DNA from: Atractiella rhizophila
Lineage: Eukaryota
NCBI GenBank assembly: GCA_021432655.1
Contig: MU271218.1
Location: 90,335 to 146,918 of the forward strand
Reading direction: 5' to 3'
Length of the DNA: 56,584 nt
In this document: positions 1 to 11,556 of the stretch, piece after piece
How the letters are laid out: every line of letters starts with the position of its first letter
Numbering within the stretch: position 1 is the first letter of the stretch
Notes under the pieces: model-generated
What the model was told of the DNA's origin: nothing
What the model saw: only the letters and a program-made list of their open reading frames with translations
Databases searched by the model: none
Position numbers and translations under genes: made by a program

Positions 1-2879
1 TAACACTTGTCTACCATGCATTACCACCTACTTCTCACGTCTCTACCTTTCCCTGTCGCTCCGTGCTCTGGTACTGCCTGTTGTGACTGACTCTTCCTTC
101 CACGGTCGTGACGATAGACGACGGGTCACTTTCAAGCGGACTCCTGCCGTATCGTGCTGTTTCCTCCGTGCGCTAAACGTCACCTCCGTTCTTACTCGCT
201 CCTCCCCGCTTTCTCTCGATCCATACCTAGGATAATGCCAGTTGCCTCCCGAGTTTGAAAATATCGCTTCTCTCCACGCTCTCTTCTCCACGGAAGGGAG
301 GGGGAGAGGGAGAAACGTAAACACGCATTACTGTATTCCTAGTCTAAGGAGCGGGGGAGTGGCCAAGCTTTGCTCTCTCGTCACGCTCCCTTCGCACCCT
401 ACGTTTTTCCTCTGTCCTGTCGCGGCAGGTCGAGGTCAAAGTTATGGACGAGGCTAGATAGGGGGGAAAGGGCGAAGGGCATGTGGACGTGGAGAGCGAG
501 GTTGTTAGGAGCACGGAGCGAAGGCACGATGAGAGCGGTAGGCAGGAGGAGACGAGGAGGTCGTTGAAGACACAGGAGGCTTTACTCGCTGTTCATTTTC
601 GACCTCCAGCCTAGCGCTTTCGTCTCCTGCCTCACTGTCTCGTCCAGCCGGTAACGCTACCTGTTGCCTCTTGGTACGATACGAAAGAGAGTGGGTGACT
701 ACGGGGGGCAAAGCGGAGCGAGAGGTTGTGGTAGGGAGTACGGGCGTAGGAAGCGGAGCTTGGTTGAACGAAGCGTGATCTGTAGTCTTTTGGTTGGCGC
801 TTCGCATCCGCATACACTACCTCTTTCTCCTTTCTGACGCTACGACGGTTAGGGGTTGAGTGCGACGGTTGAAAGCGATAGTGCCGAACAAGAGGTGGTA
901 ACGGATCCGTTCCTTGGGGAGGAGAGGTGACGCCGGAAATGGAACAGCGTATGACCAGTAAATTATAGTTGTGTTTCGTGCCCCCTGTGTAGTTTACCCC
1001 TTTCCATCTGTATCTCCCTTGCACCAACCACTACCGTCTTACTGACCTCTTCCTAGCAGGGCCACAAGAGGATGAGAGGCGGTAGAGGAAAGTGGAGCGA
1101 ATGGGAGAGTGAGACGGAGCGTAGGGACAGACGGTTGTAAGTGGGAAGTAGAGGGGAAGGTGGTTGGGGAGGCGGAAAAGTGTAATACCGGCGTAACCCG
1201 GTAAAGAAAGACGACCGTTACATAAAGCAAAGAGAGGAGAGAGGTCGATGTTCACAGGATTGACTGTACGTGTGATCCAGGGAACGAGGCGGCGAGGGGA
1301 AAGGACCGTCAGGGTGAGGGGAGGACAGCGTGAGGTGACCGAGAGGACGGAGGTGGTTCGGGCACCGAGCCTTCAACCTGAGCCTCACCTCCAACTTGCA
1401 AACTTTCGCTTGCCCCCTCCTTCTTTAGTATTGTCCAGGTATCAGTTCTACCCTACAGCCTCTATGTGTAGTGTGAAACAGAGCGGCAAGGCAAGCGTGA
1501 GGGAGCGGTAGGGAGTAGTAGGATACGGAAGGGGCACAGGAGTACGGCGGTAGGATAAGAGAGAGGATGGAGTGGAAGTTAGCGTGAGGCCGAACGTGAA
1601 GTACCGAGGAAAAGGTGGCTGCGAACAAAGTACTGCAACCCCCGTTGTTAACTTTACCGGCTACCTCTTTCTCCTCCCGTTTCACACGTCACACCGTAGT
1701 TCCTGGTGTTCACCTGTAGATCCAACCAGGAAGAGCACAAGGACTCGGAGGCAGGAGGTAGGGAGAACAGAGGGCGATCACTGAGTTCACTGTAGATACA
1801 AGAGCGCTCATCAAGGAGACGGAGGAGACAGTAGGTCTATCCATTGACGGAGAAATTGACAGGGTCGGTGTAGATCGGAAGGAGAGTGTTAGTTAGTAAT
1901 GCTTCGCTTCGTAGTTATAGTCTCGCAAGACGTGATCGAGAGCAAACTAAAAGTCACATTAAATCCATGATCATAACGTTTCCTGAAAATGTATAAAATC
2001 CTGAAGGACGTCGTGATAGACCATCAGTTCACGACCTCTTGATTTCGGAAGTTGCAGGCCTGCGGGTGAAGGTGGTTGTGGTAGCATTAGGCAGGATTAA
2101 TGTTGCTAGCGGATTAGGTAGCTGAGGTGCTTGTCAAGGCCCTGGAGGTAGAAGTGCTCATCACTATAGACTAGACGAACTAGGAACGCGTCTCTTGCAG
2201 CTCTACCAAGTTCAACCTGTTACGTGACTACGCGACCTCCGTACTAGGCTAGAGAGGGGAACAACAGAGCAAATTACACGCAAACACCCGAAATCAGGTC
2301 GAACAATAGAGGTTCTTACTTTTCTTCTTTTTGTAGCTAAAGTACGTTCCTACTAGTCCCCTGTCTCAGGTAGAGTGACCAGGTAGGCATCTCACGTCCC
2401 CTCCCATCTTCTCACTAATTATACTCGTCCACTCATCACTTGCTCACACCAGTGCTACCGACTACATCGGGTGTCGCGTGTGGGAAGGTACATGAGGAAA
2501 GAGGATGGTGGGGGATAGCTAAGACGGACGAGGAATGCGGAAGAGGGCGGGGCTGGGGCTGGCGGAGTGGCGAAGGTGCTAAAACAGGAGAGGGACACAC
2601 CAGGACCGGCCAGAGTGAAGGAGACCAGGGACAGATGGGAGGACGCGAGAGAGGTGTGCTGGGGACTGCATGAAAAACGCAGCGAACTGGAAGCGTGAAT
2701 GGCGGTATGACGGTGGAGATACGATAGACGGCGAACGAAGGATAGAAGGCGTGAAGCACAGTGGGTGGACGGGAGACTGTAGCGGAGGTCGAAGGAGATG
2801 ACACAAAAAGGGAAGGGAGCTGCTCGCAGAGTCATCCACATCCTGGCGATCGTAGAAAATCATTCAACAACATCCCAGT

Positions 2880-4720
2880 TTCATGCAACGATCTTCCCAA
2901 CCAAGGCTGTCCCATTTATGCCTTCCAGCCGTGTTTCCCATTCCCCTGTGGCGGTTGACATTCTTAGGCGGACTAGTCTATGGCTGGAGTTGACAGGAAT
3001 GAGACTGAGAGGAGGTTGATCAACGACACCAACTTTTGTGTTCTTCCTTAGTTCTTGAAGCAAATTGCCAGGGGAAGCGTTGAGTATACTGCGATATGTT
3101 GAGTATAGTGCTGAGAACCCCCCAAAGTAGAATTGCTACCAGAGATTTTATGCACGGACTTGCAGATGTGATTGTTGCTCTCCAGCTGCAAACATAGCTT
3201 CCATATCTCCCATCGCTTTGGAGAGTTGCCCTCATTCATCGTGGCAACACGTCGGTCTCTGGGCTTTTGTGTATAGTCTACGCTGTGATGCCTTCGACTG
3301 TCAGAGTATTCTTTTCACACGCTTGGACTGTTGGCTGAAGGAGATTCCACAGCAGTTATTGCCCCATTGTTATAACGTTAGGGGGGGGTGAAGATTTTCT
3401 GCAAGTTCATAATAACGTTGATGAGAAAGCATCGAATCATCATTCTCAGTTAGCAATGGCGATGTCATTCCTTCCCTCTAGACGCCTGGCAAAAAGCACG
3501 AATGAAAGATATGAGTCCAGCAGAGGCTCCTAAGACTGCTCTTCTCATTCCACACTCAACACCTTCTTCACCATATGGTGCATTCACAGATATCAGAATG
3601 AGTGACTGTCTCTCAAAACATCTCGCTTTCATGACAGTTCAACCAGGGGAAGGAGGATAAGTACGTTGGATTGCGAATATGAAGCTGAAGCCGGAGGACA
3701 CGGTACGAATATGTGCAGGAAGAGGGAGGGGAGAAGGGGGCAACGGAGTATCAATCTTGATATTGTCAGTGACGAGGAGCGGAGCAAGAGTCTCCTTACG
3801 TGGACGGGCATCTTGAGTGCGTTTCTCTTTCGTTTGTGTCTGGTGAACACTGATGGAGACAAAGAGACATGATATTGGAGCTCTTTAAGAACTCCATAAG
3901 AATGCGTGGGAAACGCCAGGAAGGTCCTGTAGAGTTCCCCATCACTGCCACGTCTTAGCGCATCGATACGCAGCCCATTGTGACCATTCCAATATCGGAT
4001 CAAGGTGAGCAACTTCCATTCTGTGCTAGCCTCTGCTACCAGACGACAGGTGGTGCGATCTCGCTCCTCCCCAGAACAAGCAAGAAGCATACTTCTGCTC
4101 CATCAGCACCTGCAATAACATCAACCTTCTCTAGCGCCGTTTCACCTCCTCCGCCTCCAAACCCTTCTATCGTTCCTCCAGCTGCAACCCAGTGAGCATC
4201 GACTCCCCTAGACGATGCTTCTGCCTCACCAGCACTATCTCTGTGCCTTTATCCGTGCCAGCTAGCCAGATCTCACCGCTCCAGTGATGCCAACTGGTCC
4301 AGCAGGTTCTACCTCTTCAACACCTCAGTACCACACGCACAGGAGAGAACAAATACGGCAGTGAAGAAACACCTATGCCTACACTTACTCATCGTCGCAG
4401 CCGCTTGCCCTTACCACAGCCCCAATCAACAAGTACAGCTCCAGAAACCCTCGCGATTTTTCGGCGAAAGAATGAAGGTGGGGTTGGTTTCAGATGTTGA
4501 GACGGACGAGGGACCAGCACCGAAGAGTAAGGAGGAAGCGAAGGAGGCAATTGTGAGAAAGGATTGGATTGTGAAGGCAGAAGCGGTCAATTCACACCGG
4601 AAAATCTCGACAGCATCTTCTCCCTTCTCCTCCCCCTCCCTTCTGACCCCACTGTCCTCGACTGCTGCTCGTTGAAAGATCTTTTCTTTCGGACACTTGC
4701 ATCCACGCACCAATCTCATG
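2880..4720 (-). pseudogene. Degenerate gene relic of unknown family (paralogous relic at ~12000-13830)
   Basis: Short translated blocks are conserved between the two unit copies (DAVEIFRCELTASAFTIQSFLTIASFASSLLFGAGPSS vs DAVQIFRYKLTASSSTFPSFLRVISFASSLLFGAGPSS; ELQYHVSLSPSVFTR vs ELKYHASLSPSVFTR) but are broken by stops and indels. Strand is not certain and no domain was recognised. Confidence 0.35.
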
Positions 4721-7382
4721 CCGAACTAAACCACGTCTGAGAAGGAGGTGACAGCTAAGGCGTAGATGGAGGCCAGCTGGATCAGTTCCTTCCAAACGTG
4801 CGTCCCACTGTAACCCTGCTGACCTGCATTTTGTCTTATTTTTGCTCATGGTGTGTTTTGTTTGTGTTTAGCAAAGGTGTGATTGTGCTTTCAAGGAGGA
4901 TAGGGGATAGGGGGGTTCTGAAGGAGAAGCTCAAGGTTGCAGATGGGGATTGGAGGTATTCACTGGCTGTAGATTGCATGGGGGCTGAGGCCCGTTTTTC
5001 CATCCTTCTTCCTTTGCTGCGCTTTTAGGTATTGGTGTACTAATACTGATGCATGAATGAGAACAAGCGTGCATCCTGACCGCTCTCCACCTTGTGAAGG
5101 ATAACAGATTGTACGGGTGGGGATGGGCAATGATTTCCACCAAGAGCTCATCGCCGCCATCGTCAAGGCAGAAGTGACTATCAATGGTTCCTTCCAGTCC
5201 ATCCTCCCTCATACTTCCTGCGCATAACCAGTTAGCGAGCACGCATCGGTAGGGACCATGTAGGCTTGAAGCCGCCCACTACTCATTGCTACAAGTCAAA
5301 GATGCAGTCCGCGAATTAAGACCGCTCAGGTTCGTCTCTCCCTGTTCCTGTGATTGTTCTAAAGTTGACACTGGGTTATGTAAATAGGCAGAGAGTTGAG
5401 ATGATTTCAAGGAGACGCCGTCGCCCTCGAGCGCGGAGAGTCATGTAGGACGTGCTACAACTCCAATGCGGGAAGGTACGAGTTCTGTCCCTTCATCGAA
5501 TTCCCCGCTACCTTTTCTTCCGTGAGCTTGCCTCTTCCTTCTCTCTCCTTTTCGTGGTACACAACTTCGTGCTGACTCGATTAGTTAGCAGGGCGGAAGC
5601 TGCGAGGCTACAAACTACGGCGAGACCTGTAAATCATTTCCATACCCCTCCGCTCTCCAAACGCTGCTTTATTGTGTCCGTGATCACAAACCTCCAGATT
5701 TCCCGATGCGTTCCAAGCCCTCTACTCTCGTCGGATATACCTCATAACAGACTGCTGGTGTGATGACAGAATGTCTCCCTAGAAGAAGGGTTCGATGATA
5801 GAACCGCTCTCTGTGGCCGTTCAAAGCCTAGCACGTATCGGAGAATGAAAGCGGAGTTGAAGTTTGAACGTTACCTTGGTCCGGTTCGTCTCCCTTTCTC
5901 CTCTTCCTCCTGTACCCTTCGAATGAAAACTAATAATGCGTCGACTTGTGTTGTGAACAGCTGATCCGAGGGTGCTACTCGCACAGGCAGTCAAGAAGCC
6001 GTTAGTTACTGGAAGGATAAAGCTGTCGATATTCACGAGCGTAGGCCAGCTTTCGCGAACAAGTGCGTGGAGTCGGAGACTTTCGTTCCTCCAAACGTGT
6101 TTCGACATCTAGCCTCTCTCATGCACGTTTTGTCTTACGTCTCTATTCTTTTACGAGAACAGGCGTGCATTCAGACTGTCTAACTTGTCAAAGGCGGCGG
6201 AAAGTAAGTCTAAGTGGGAATGGGCACCGAGTTCGTTCTAGGTGCTACCATCCTCACGAATGAGGTGGCCGTCAAAGGTTCTTCCGGTCCCTCCTCCCTC
6301 CTATGTTTTGTACTATAACTTTGTTCTGACGCTTTGTTTATTTGCTCGATGAATATAGACCGGGTGTTATGAATAGACTGATTTGGTTGCTAGCGGCCTC
6401 TTAGACTGGCTGAGCCGCTCTTCACATTGCTTCAAGTTTAGAGATGCAATTGCGCCTTGAAGACAATACAGGCTCGCCTCCTCGCTTCTTTTCGCCTTGA
6501 TCTGACAACGCTGAAATCTGACGATGATGCTTTGCTCTAAGAAGGGGAGGACGAGATCGAAAGCGTCATCGACGGATACGTCAATGATTGAATGTTGTAG
6601 CGACATGAATGCAACTGTCTGGGCTATTAAGGAAATGAAGGAACAAAAAATGGGATCTCTGCTACCACAAGGGGTTCAAGGGATGGTACCATCTTTGTGC
6701 CACATCTTCAATCTTCGACGGCAGCCCCATCTGTTCTCTTAAGTAGCCCGTTGTCGAAATGCATGAGCCGTCGTCAACCGTAAGAAAAACTCAGGGCTCT
6801 AAGGGTGAATCTGCTTCTTTAAATCGTGGCACTTATCGAATGAACTTGATGTCCTAAGTGCTTTTACGGGGAATCAGCAGAATTATTTGCAGGACAGAGG
6901 ACATCCATAATACACACAGAGAGCGTCTTCCTCACAAACCCGATCTTTTCATGGCCTGAAGCTTCTGAAATAATCATCAACAGCAATTCTACTCCTTCCC
7001 ATCCATTTTCTTCATTGCCCGCATCCCTAGTTTCCTGATCCCCCAAGAACCCGCAGATAAACACTAGGAAACTGACTCACCCCACGCAGTACGAAATAGC
7101 TATGACCTTTACAGCATTGTGTGCTAATATTGCGCATAGAAAGACTTGAAGATTGCTCATAACCATCAAGGACGAAGTGTCGACTATGAGGGAGTGACTT
7201 TGTGAGGAGCGGCACGTTGCATAAAGGGGGAGGGATGGAAGGATGGCGTTGTTCCGAATAAATTCCAACCCCATCCCTAGTCACCCAAATTCAATGCTGT
7301 GTTAGATGAAGAGCGTTACGAAATACGCACCTTCTTCTCGTGTCTTTTCTAGAACGCGGATGAAATCTGAGTACCTCCAGCA

Positions 7383-9116
7383 TCACTCCTCCCCTCCCTC
7401 CCGAACCTGTACGTATGCATCCTTCTTGCTCACGTCAAACTCTCTCAACGTGCTCCTAGCTTTGAATATCTCTTCCTCAAGCCACCGTCCAAAGAATAGC
7501 TGAACCATCAACCAGCCTCCTCGCATCGTCTTCACCTTTTCAGCTCCATCCTCCATATCCCTCTCCTCCTTCACCCCCCTGTTCCGAAAGAACCAGCAGA
7601 TGAAGTCTGAGAATACGAACCCTGTGAATTGCCAGTCCACCACACAGTACCGAACATCTATGATGGTTATCGCTTTTGCATTTGTGAGGGTGTGGAAGAA
7701 CTGGGGGGAAACGAGGTTTGAAGTTTCCTCGCCACCATCGAGGTAGAGTCTGGTGAGATGTTCGAGATGTGATAGGTCGAGCGGAGTGGGCAGGATGGAG
7801 ATCTTTCCATCAGGCCAGTAGGGGGCGAGTGTGATATTGAGATATTCGAGGAGAGGCGGCAGACAGGAGCCTGAGACGGAGGGAGGGAGGGGACACAGAT
7901 TGGAGAGACCCAAATACGTGAGGGTGAGTGGGAGAGAGAGCGATTGGAGAGGCGGGTATGTGCGAAGGTCTAGCTGTTCGAGGTCAGTCGATAGTTGAAG
8001 CCCTGGTGACGTCGACAAGGCAGAGTCCTCCACGTCCTGAGCACGGAAGAAACTGATCCTGTCACCCATCCTCAACATAAAATTCTCAACCTCATCCTTC
8101 TTCCACTTTCTCCAACCTTGCCCTCCAAACCATACGTCATCCAACTTCCTCAAGCCTTCAATCGCATGCAACACAATCTTTGCCTCTTGTTCATTCCAAA
8201 ATGCATCCATCCGCACTCTTCTGACATTCGGAGAGCCAGCGACGACGTCTTTCGCCATCGCAATGCTGATGTCATCGTCAAACCTTCTTGCGAGCTGGAG
8301 GGACGTCCACAAACGTCCAGCATTAGGATAAGCTGTCAAACGAGCATGCATCTCCTTCACAGAAACATCTTCACTCAAATATGGGGCTGAAACAGCCTTC
8401 CAAAGCTGACAGACGTCAGAAAGTCGCTCGAAGTCAACAAGATATCCAGTACCTTCTATGAGCTTTTCAGATTCATCGAATGAAAGAAACTCGAAGATGA
8501 GTGAGAGGATCTCAGTAGGAAGGTGCGTGATACTGCATAAACTAACACCTGTAGGTCGAGTTGTGGAGAGGGAGAGTTGGATGGTTGTCCCCAGACTGGT
8601 GGATGGGATGGTTGATTCCTCCCATTCGCTGAGAGGAATGAAACGCTGTTGCCACCCGGAGTATAGGGCAACGGGTTCAAAGAGCACCTGAGAGCGGTTA
8701 TCTGGAAGATGAAAAGTGCATGTGAAGGGCTTCCGAGACAGGCCCTCCAATTCCACGGCTGCACGATGTTTGGTATCCCCAAAAGCTACCGTAATACTTT
8801 CCTCCTCCAATGCAATGCAAAGAATCGCTGTACCGTCGGGTTCGACTTCATTTTCGAGACCTGCCAGAGAGAAGTAGGATGATTTCGACGGCCCATAACG
8901 CTCCCTCCACAAGCCCTTAGGCAAGACAAATGTGATCCGGAGCATGTGAATTGATGGAGGTAGGCGAGAATGGAAAGAGGAGAGAATGGAGAGGTGGATC
9001 GGAGTGCCATGTTCTACCGTTACTGGGGTAATGAGATGGACCAGTGCGATGGACTCTGTCCCCTGATCATCCTTGCATGAAATCGATGTTTTTCTTTTCA
9101 TTCTTGGAGATAACAA
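7383..9116 (-). CDS. F-box protein with C-terminal LRR/RNI-like repeats (577 aa ORF; true start may be the Met near 8945)
   Basis: Uninterrupted ORF. F-box motif SITHLPTEILSLIFEFLS...FERLSDVCQLWKAVS is followed by LxxLxL repeats (LEQLDL, LTYLGL, LEYLNI, LTRLYL). Confidence 0.88.
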   Translation of the reverse strand: MLSPRMKRKTSISCKDDQGTESIALVHLITPVTVEHGTPIHLSILSSFHSRLPPSIHMLRITFVLPKGLWRERYGPSKSSYFSLAGLENEVEPDGTAILCIALEEESITVAFGDTKHRAAVELEGLSRKPFTCTFHLPDNRSQVLFEPVALYSGWQQRFIPLSEWEESTIPSTSLGTTIQLSLSTTRPTGVSLCSITHLPTEILSLIFEFLSFDESEKLIEGTGYLVDFERLSDVCQLWKAVSAPYLSEDVSVKEMHARLTAYPNAGRLWTSLQLARRFDDDISIAMAKDVVAGSPNVRRVRMDAFWNEQEAKIVLHAIEGLRKLDDVWFGGQGWRKWKKDEVENFMLRMGDRISFFRAQDVEDSALSTSPGLQLSTDLEQLDLRTYPPLQSLSLPLTLTYLGLSNLCPLPPSVSGSCLPPLLEYLNITLAPYWPDGKISILPTPLDLSHLEHLTRLYLDGGEETSNLVSPQFFHTLTNAKAITIIDVRYCVVDWQFTGFVFSDFICWFFRNRGVKEERDMEDGAEKVKTMRGGWLMVQLFFGRWLEEEIFKARSTLREFDVSKKDAYVQVREGGEE

Positions 9117-11556
9117 GCTGGACTAAAGCCCACAAACGCACATTAAACGAGACAACAAGGGGAGAGATCGGATCATGCCTCCAGCGCATCAGTGCATTGT
9201 CCAACTTGAACCATCTCGACGTTCTCTGCGCAAGGATCAAGCAGATCAGATATCACTACTCGTGAAGATGGAGGTCCCGGAACTGTTCGTGGAGTCGATG
9301 GATTAGGCGATCGTTGTAATTAGGACGGATTACGATGGTGTTGGTGGAAGTGGGCGTCCGGACGTTGAAGGCTTTAGTTCTCCAGCACTTGACTACCAGA
9401 TAGTGCTGCAGGAAGTCCTAAAATATGTAAAAGTCCTTTGCAATACTAGTACCTAAATTACACTGCAAATCAAACGAGAGCTAGTGCAGAAAGCTCTGAT
9501 ATTGATGCTTCGTTTCGTAATGATTGATTGTGAGAGGAAAGGCTAGATGTGGCTGGGACAGTTAAAGAGGCAGTTACCTATCTGGATGACAGAGGAGGCA
9601 GAGGAACTACTCGCGAGAACATAGATGACACTTGAGTCACTAGCGGGAGACAAGAGGGATGGAGGACGGAGGCTCACGAACACGAGAAGGACCAACCTAG
9701 ATGTCCACTTGTGGTCCTTGATGCCACACTGCACACTTTGCCCTCCTCTTTCTCCATCGGCCATTTCAATTGTAGCCCTCGACGTCATGAAACAAGCGTC
9801 GGTGGAAAAGGAGCCATGAAGTGCAAGCCGGAGTGCGACTGAAGGTGAGGTGGGAGAGAGAATAGGATGACGGCATGAGGACACGGGGGAGGCATAGGAT
9901 GACGAGGGATGGCGAGGGAGTGCGAACGGACCGGCGAGACAAAGTGTGACGCAAACCTGCGACATCTCATCTTGACTATGGACCCAGTGTCACTTCTTCC
10001 TTCCGCTTTCGCTATCGAACGTTCAACCTCCATTCCGCGCTCAACTTCCGAGCTAGGGGCCTGTTGGAGGTGTGAGGGCCAGTGGAGTGCGATAGGAGGC
10101 GGAGTGAGACTGCCAGGAAAGGGCAGCGGGGGAGCAAGGAACCTAGTGTGCATGGCAGTTAGGACACTTGGAGCGGGGAGAGAGGAAGGGAAAAACGAAA
10201 TACACTGCCAGCAGAAAGAAAAGCCCCAACGCTGCCATAATGCGAAAAGGCGGAGGGTTCGGTGGAAGGCGAAATGAAGGGTGAACGTTAGTGGAGAGGG
10301 ATGAGAGGTCCGAGAGGGTATCTGAGGCGAAAGGAGTGGCGGAAACTGGGAGAGACGCCGGGACGAACCTTCTCACATTTTTCTGCCATCACCAACCACA
10401 TTCCCTCTATTCCCCTCTGTCTACCCTTTCGCCAGTTGATGTGTCGCCCGTGTTCTAGGTTGATTTTAAATGACCAGTATGCGAGAGAAGGTAAAGGCAG
10501 CAGTGGAGGGTGGGTTGCCTAGGCAATGGTGGAGAACAAGCCGCGAGGGCGAAAGTTGGTGGCGTGAGTTGGGGACTGGCGGTGTCACAGCCTCCCATCA
10601 CATGCCCGCACGCTTCGCCGTTGGTTTCTGATGTCTAGGGCAAAGCAAGTCGGTTCGACGCGAAGGACGACGGAAGCGGGCATGAGGGATGGTGTTGGAG
10701 AGCGAGGTGAAAGGGGGGGCATAGGTGGGTGAGAGAAAGGATACCATGCCTCTCCGTTGTCCATAGCAATGCCCGACCTGCTCTGTCACTTCCGCCCTCT
10801 ACTTTCGCAATCCGACGTCAACCTCGCAGTCGCCCTTCATTTCGGAGTGCACAGAAGTTGTCAGAGGAGACGGATGGCGACAGTAGCATGGAGGTAAGGA
10901 GAGGGATGGTGGAGCGAGAGAAGCAGGGCGAGGGTTATGGGAAAACAGGATAGGTTGGACAGAGGTATCGAGACTGGTGTAAGACGGCGCTCACACACCG
11001 TCACATGTCTCCTTTGCCTCCCACGCTTCTTTCGCACTGCTCTCTCGCTTCGAAGCCCCAGCAGCGAAGGTAAGTCGCGGTGCTGGGAGGCTCGAGCAGT
11101 GCTGAGGCGGGGCGGGGCTGCAAGTGGGAGCAGGGTGAGGAGTGTCATTGGTGAAGGCGAGGAACCTGATCCCTATGTCATTAAGCACAAATGCAAAAGA
11201 GGGAGAGGGGGAGAGAATGTCACCTCTTCTCTCACACCTCCCTTCGCTATAAAGTTTTAGCCTTCCGTTGACCGTAGGAGGATCCATACCTGGCCCCTCT
11301 TTCGCCTTCCTCGCGTTATTGCCCTCCACTGCACTTAGTGCGCCTCCTTTGTAGTGCCATGCCATCCACAGGCGCACTTTCACTGGGCAGCAGATCAGCA
11401 ATGCTTGCACCTTCCTTTTCAGGCAGCGTTGTATGTCACGGTCTCATGCTTCACTCTCCCTTCCATCTCCGTGATACTTCACTTACCATTACGTACCATG
11501 TCTTCACAATGCACGTCACATCCCCTCTCTTCTTCGTACTGATCGCCCCTTTCCTT

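Larger units (their letters stand above)
2387..11556. repeat. Tandem segmental duplication unit, copy 1 (~9.1 kb: relic genes plus F-box/LRR gene)
   Basis: Collinear similarity to 11557-~20263. TCATCACTTGCTCA occurs at 2433 and 11557; GAAGCTGAAGCCGGAGGACACGGT at ~3680 and ~12760; AATTAAGACCGCTCAGGTTCGTCTCTCCCTG at ~5314 and ~14058. The F-box genes sit at equivalent positions. The left edge is approximate. Confidence 0.93.

Noticed and set aside
9250..11550. Many 60-140 aa ORFs in the purine/pyrimidine-skewed spacer (and its copy at ~18100-20260)
   Set aside because: Low-complexity translations whose frames are not preserved between the two duplicated units.
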